Positions 63,270-64,000 of a stretch of 64,000 nucleotides of DNA are shown here, piece after piece; within the stretch, counting starts at the first letter, position 1, and each line of letters begins with the position of its first letter. The notes beneath the pieces are model-generated. The model was given only the letters and a program-made list of their open reading frames with translations. It was not told where the DNA came from and did not search any database. Origin of the DNA: a virus. The stretch is from positions 1-64,000 of IMG/VR virus record IMGVR_UViG_3300025634_000001; one strand, given 5' to 3'. The translations under genes and the position numbers were made by a program.

Positions 63270-63338
63270 AATGCCTTCACATTCTACCGCAATTCCCTCC
63301 CTTAAATGGCATCGAAACGAACACGGAAGCGAGCATCA

Positions 63339-63740
63339 ATGACCCGTCACAATGTCCCCGGCGACGGCGGCTGGTTCGAGCTGCGGGACATCAGGGAACT
63401 CAACGAGGACCACCAGATTGAGTACCTGGACCTCGCGGACAAGCTGCGCCAGGACAAGCGCGACGCCACTGCGGCGCGGCCCCCGGAGAACCCCGCCGTG
63501 ATGCCGGTCCCGGGGGACGAGGCCCCGGTCAGGCTGACCCGCGCGGAACTCGCCCCGGTCCGCGAGCTGGTAGAGGGCTGGGTAGTCGCCGATTCCTCGT
63601 TCGGGATACCGCTGCCGCACCCGCTGCCCCTCGTTGCCGGCAACGTCTTCCGCGAGGCCATTGATTTCTACTACGGGGCCCTGAACGGCGAAACCCCAAA
63701 AGAGAATCCGGGTTCGGACTCCACCTCTACCAGTACCTGA
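63339..63740 (+). CDS. tail assembly chaperone (short form)
   Basis: Follows the tail tube; G.WFELRD, W..DS; slippery C CCA AAA at 63695-63701. Confidence 0.75.
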   Translation: MTRHNVPGDGGWFELRDIRELNEDHQIEYLDLADKLRQDKRDATAARPPENPAVMPVPGDEAPVRLTRAELAPVRELVEGWVVADSSFGIPLPHPLPLVAGNVFREAIDFYYGALNGETPKENPGSDSTSTST

Positions 63741-63922
63741 ACGGTGACTGCCACTGCTGTCCCCGCCCCGTAGGCGCCGGGACTATCCGTCATTGCGTGT
63801 GGATCATCCGGGGCCGGCTGCATCCGCAGACACCCAGGGACATCCCGCTGCTGGTCGGCAACTACCTGGGGCCGGTCGCTGAGGTGCTGGACGGCATCGA
63901 TGAGGCCCGGCGCCGGAAGTGA
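63695..63922 (+). CDS. -1 frameshift extension of the tail assembly chaperone
   Basis: The -1 frame is open from the slippery site to TGA at 63920-63922. Confidence 0.7.
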   Translation, partial: PKRESGFGLHLYQYLNGDCHCCPRPVGAGTIRHCVWIIRGRLHPQTPRDIPLLVGNYLGPVAEVLDGIDEARRRK

Positions 63923-63928
63923 GGTCCC

Positions 63929-64000
63929 GTGAATTTCTCCGAGGCCGCGGCGAGATTCAAGGCCGCCACTGACCGGGCTGAAGCGTCGATGGCCCGTGAC
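63929..64000 (+). CDS. start of the next tail-region gene (truncated)
   Basis: GTG start, MNFSEAAARFKAATDRAEASMARD. Confidence 0.5.
   Translation, partial: MNFSEAAARFKAATDRAEASMARD

Noticed and set aside
63215-63270. tRNA-like GGTGCAATCC segment
   Set aside because: Only one hairpin forms; no cloverleaf or CCA end.
1-64000. Integrase, att sites, lysis genes, tape measure, RRNPP receptor
   Set aside because: None is recognisable in this window; they may lie outside it, so prophage versus free phage cannot be decided.

Overview
High-GC actinobacterial temperate-phage DNA (siphovirus-like; a filamentous actinomycete host is inferred from WhiB, DUF397, BldC-like and TraB-like genes). Layout: (1) 149-9192, a leftward early operon (C5 DNA methyltransferase, RusA-like, HNH, PD-(D/E)XK exonuclease, ERF, many small ORFs) behind a Cro/repressor switch at about 9.2-9.9 kb; (2) 10-20 kb, an accessory regulatory island (NUMOD4-HNH, SAM methyltransferase, stand-alone GntR wHTH, DUF397, an unannotated 40-aa secreted peptide, a chorismate-lyase/UTRA-fold protein, XRE-beta-barrel plus NTF2, a second GntR); (3) 20-28.4 kb, a rightward operon resembling the transfer region of actinomycete integrative/conjugative elements (AICEs) and plasmids (BldC-like, WhiB, membrane proteins, FtsK/TraB, DUF2637); (4) 33-64 kb, late genes (ParB-like, second C5 MTase, TerS, TerL, intein-containing portal, NUDIX-MuF, XkdF protease, scaffold, capsid, glycosyltransferase/methyltransferase cassette, 1661-aa Pro/Arg-repeat protein, neck, tail tube, frameshifted tail chaperone), interrupted by antisense leaderless morons. 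No integrase, tRNA or CRISPR array was seen. The best candidate for a new system is a peptide-signalling (arbitrium-like but non-RRNPP) locus at 12.9-14.3 kb. Other highlights are the phage-AICE hybrid, a NUDIX domain split between portal and MuF by an inserted gene, and a virion glycosylation cassette. All family calls come from reading motifs by eye; no database searches were run.
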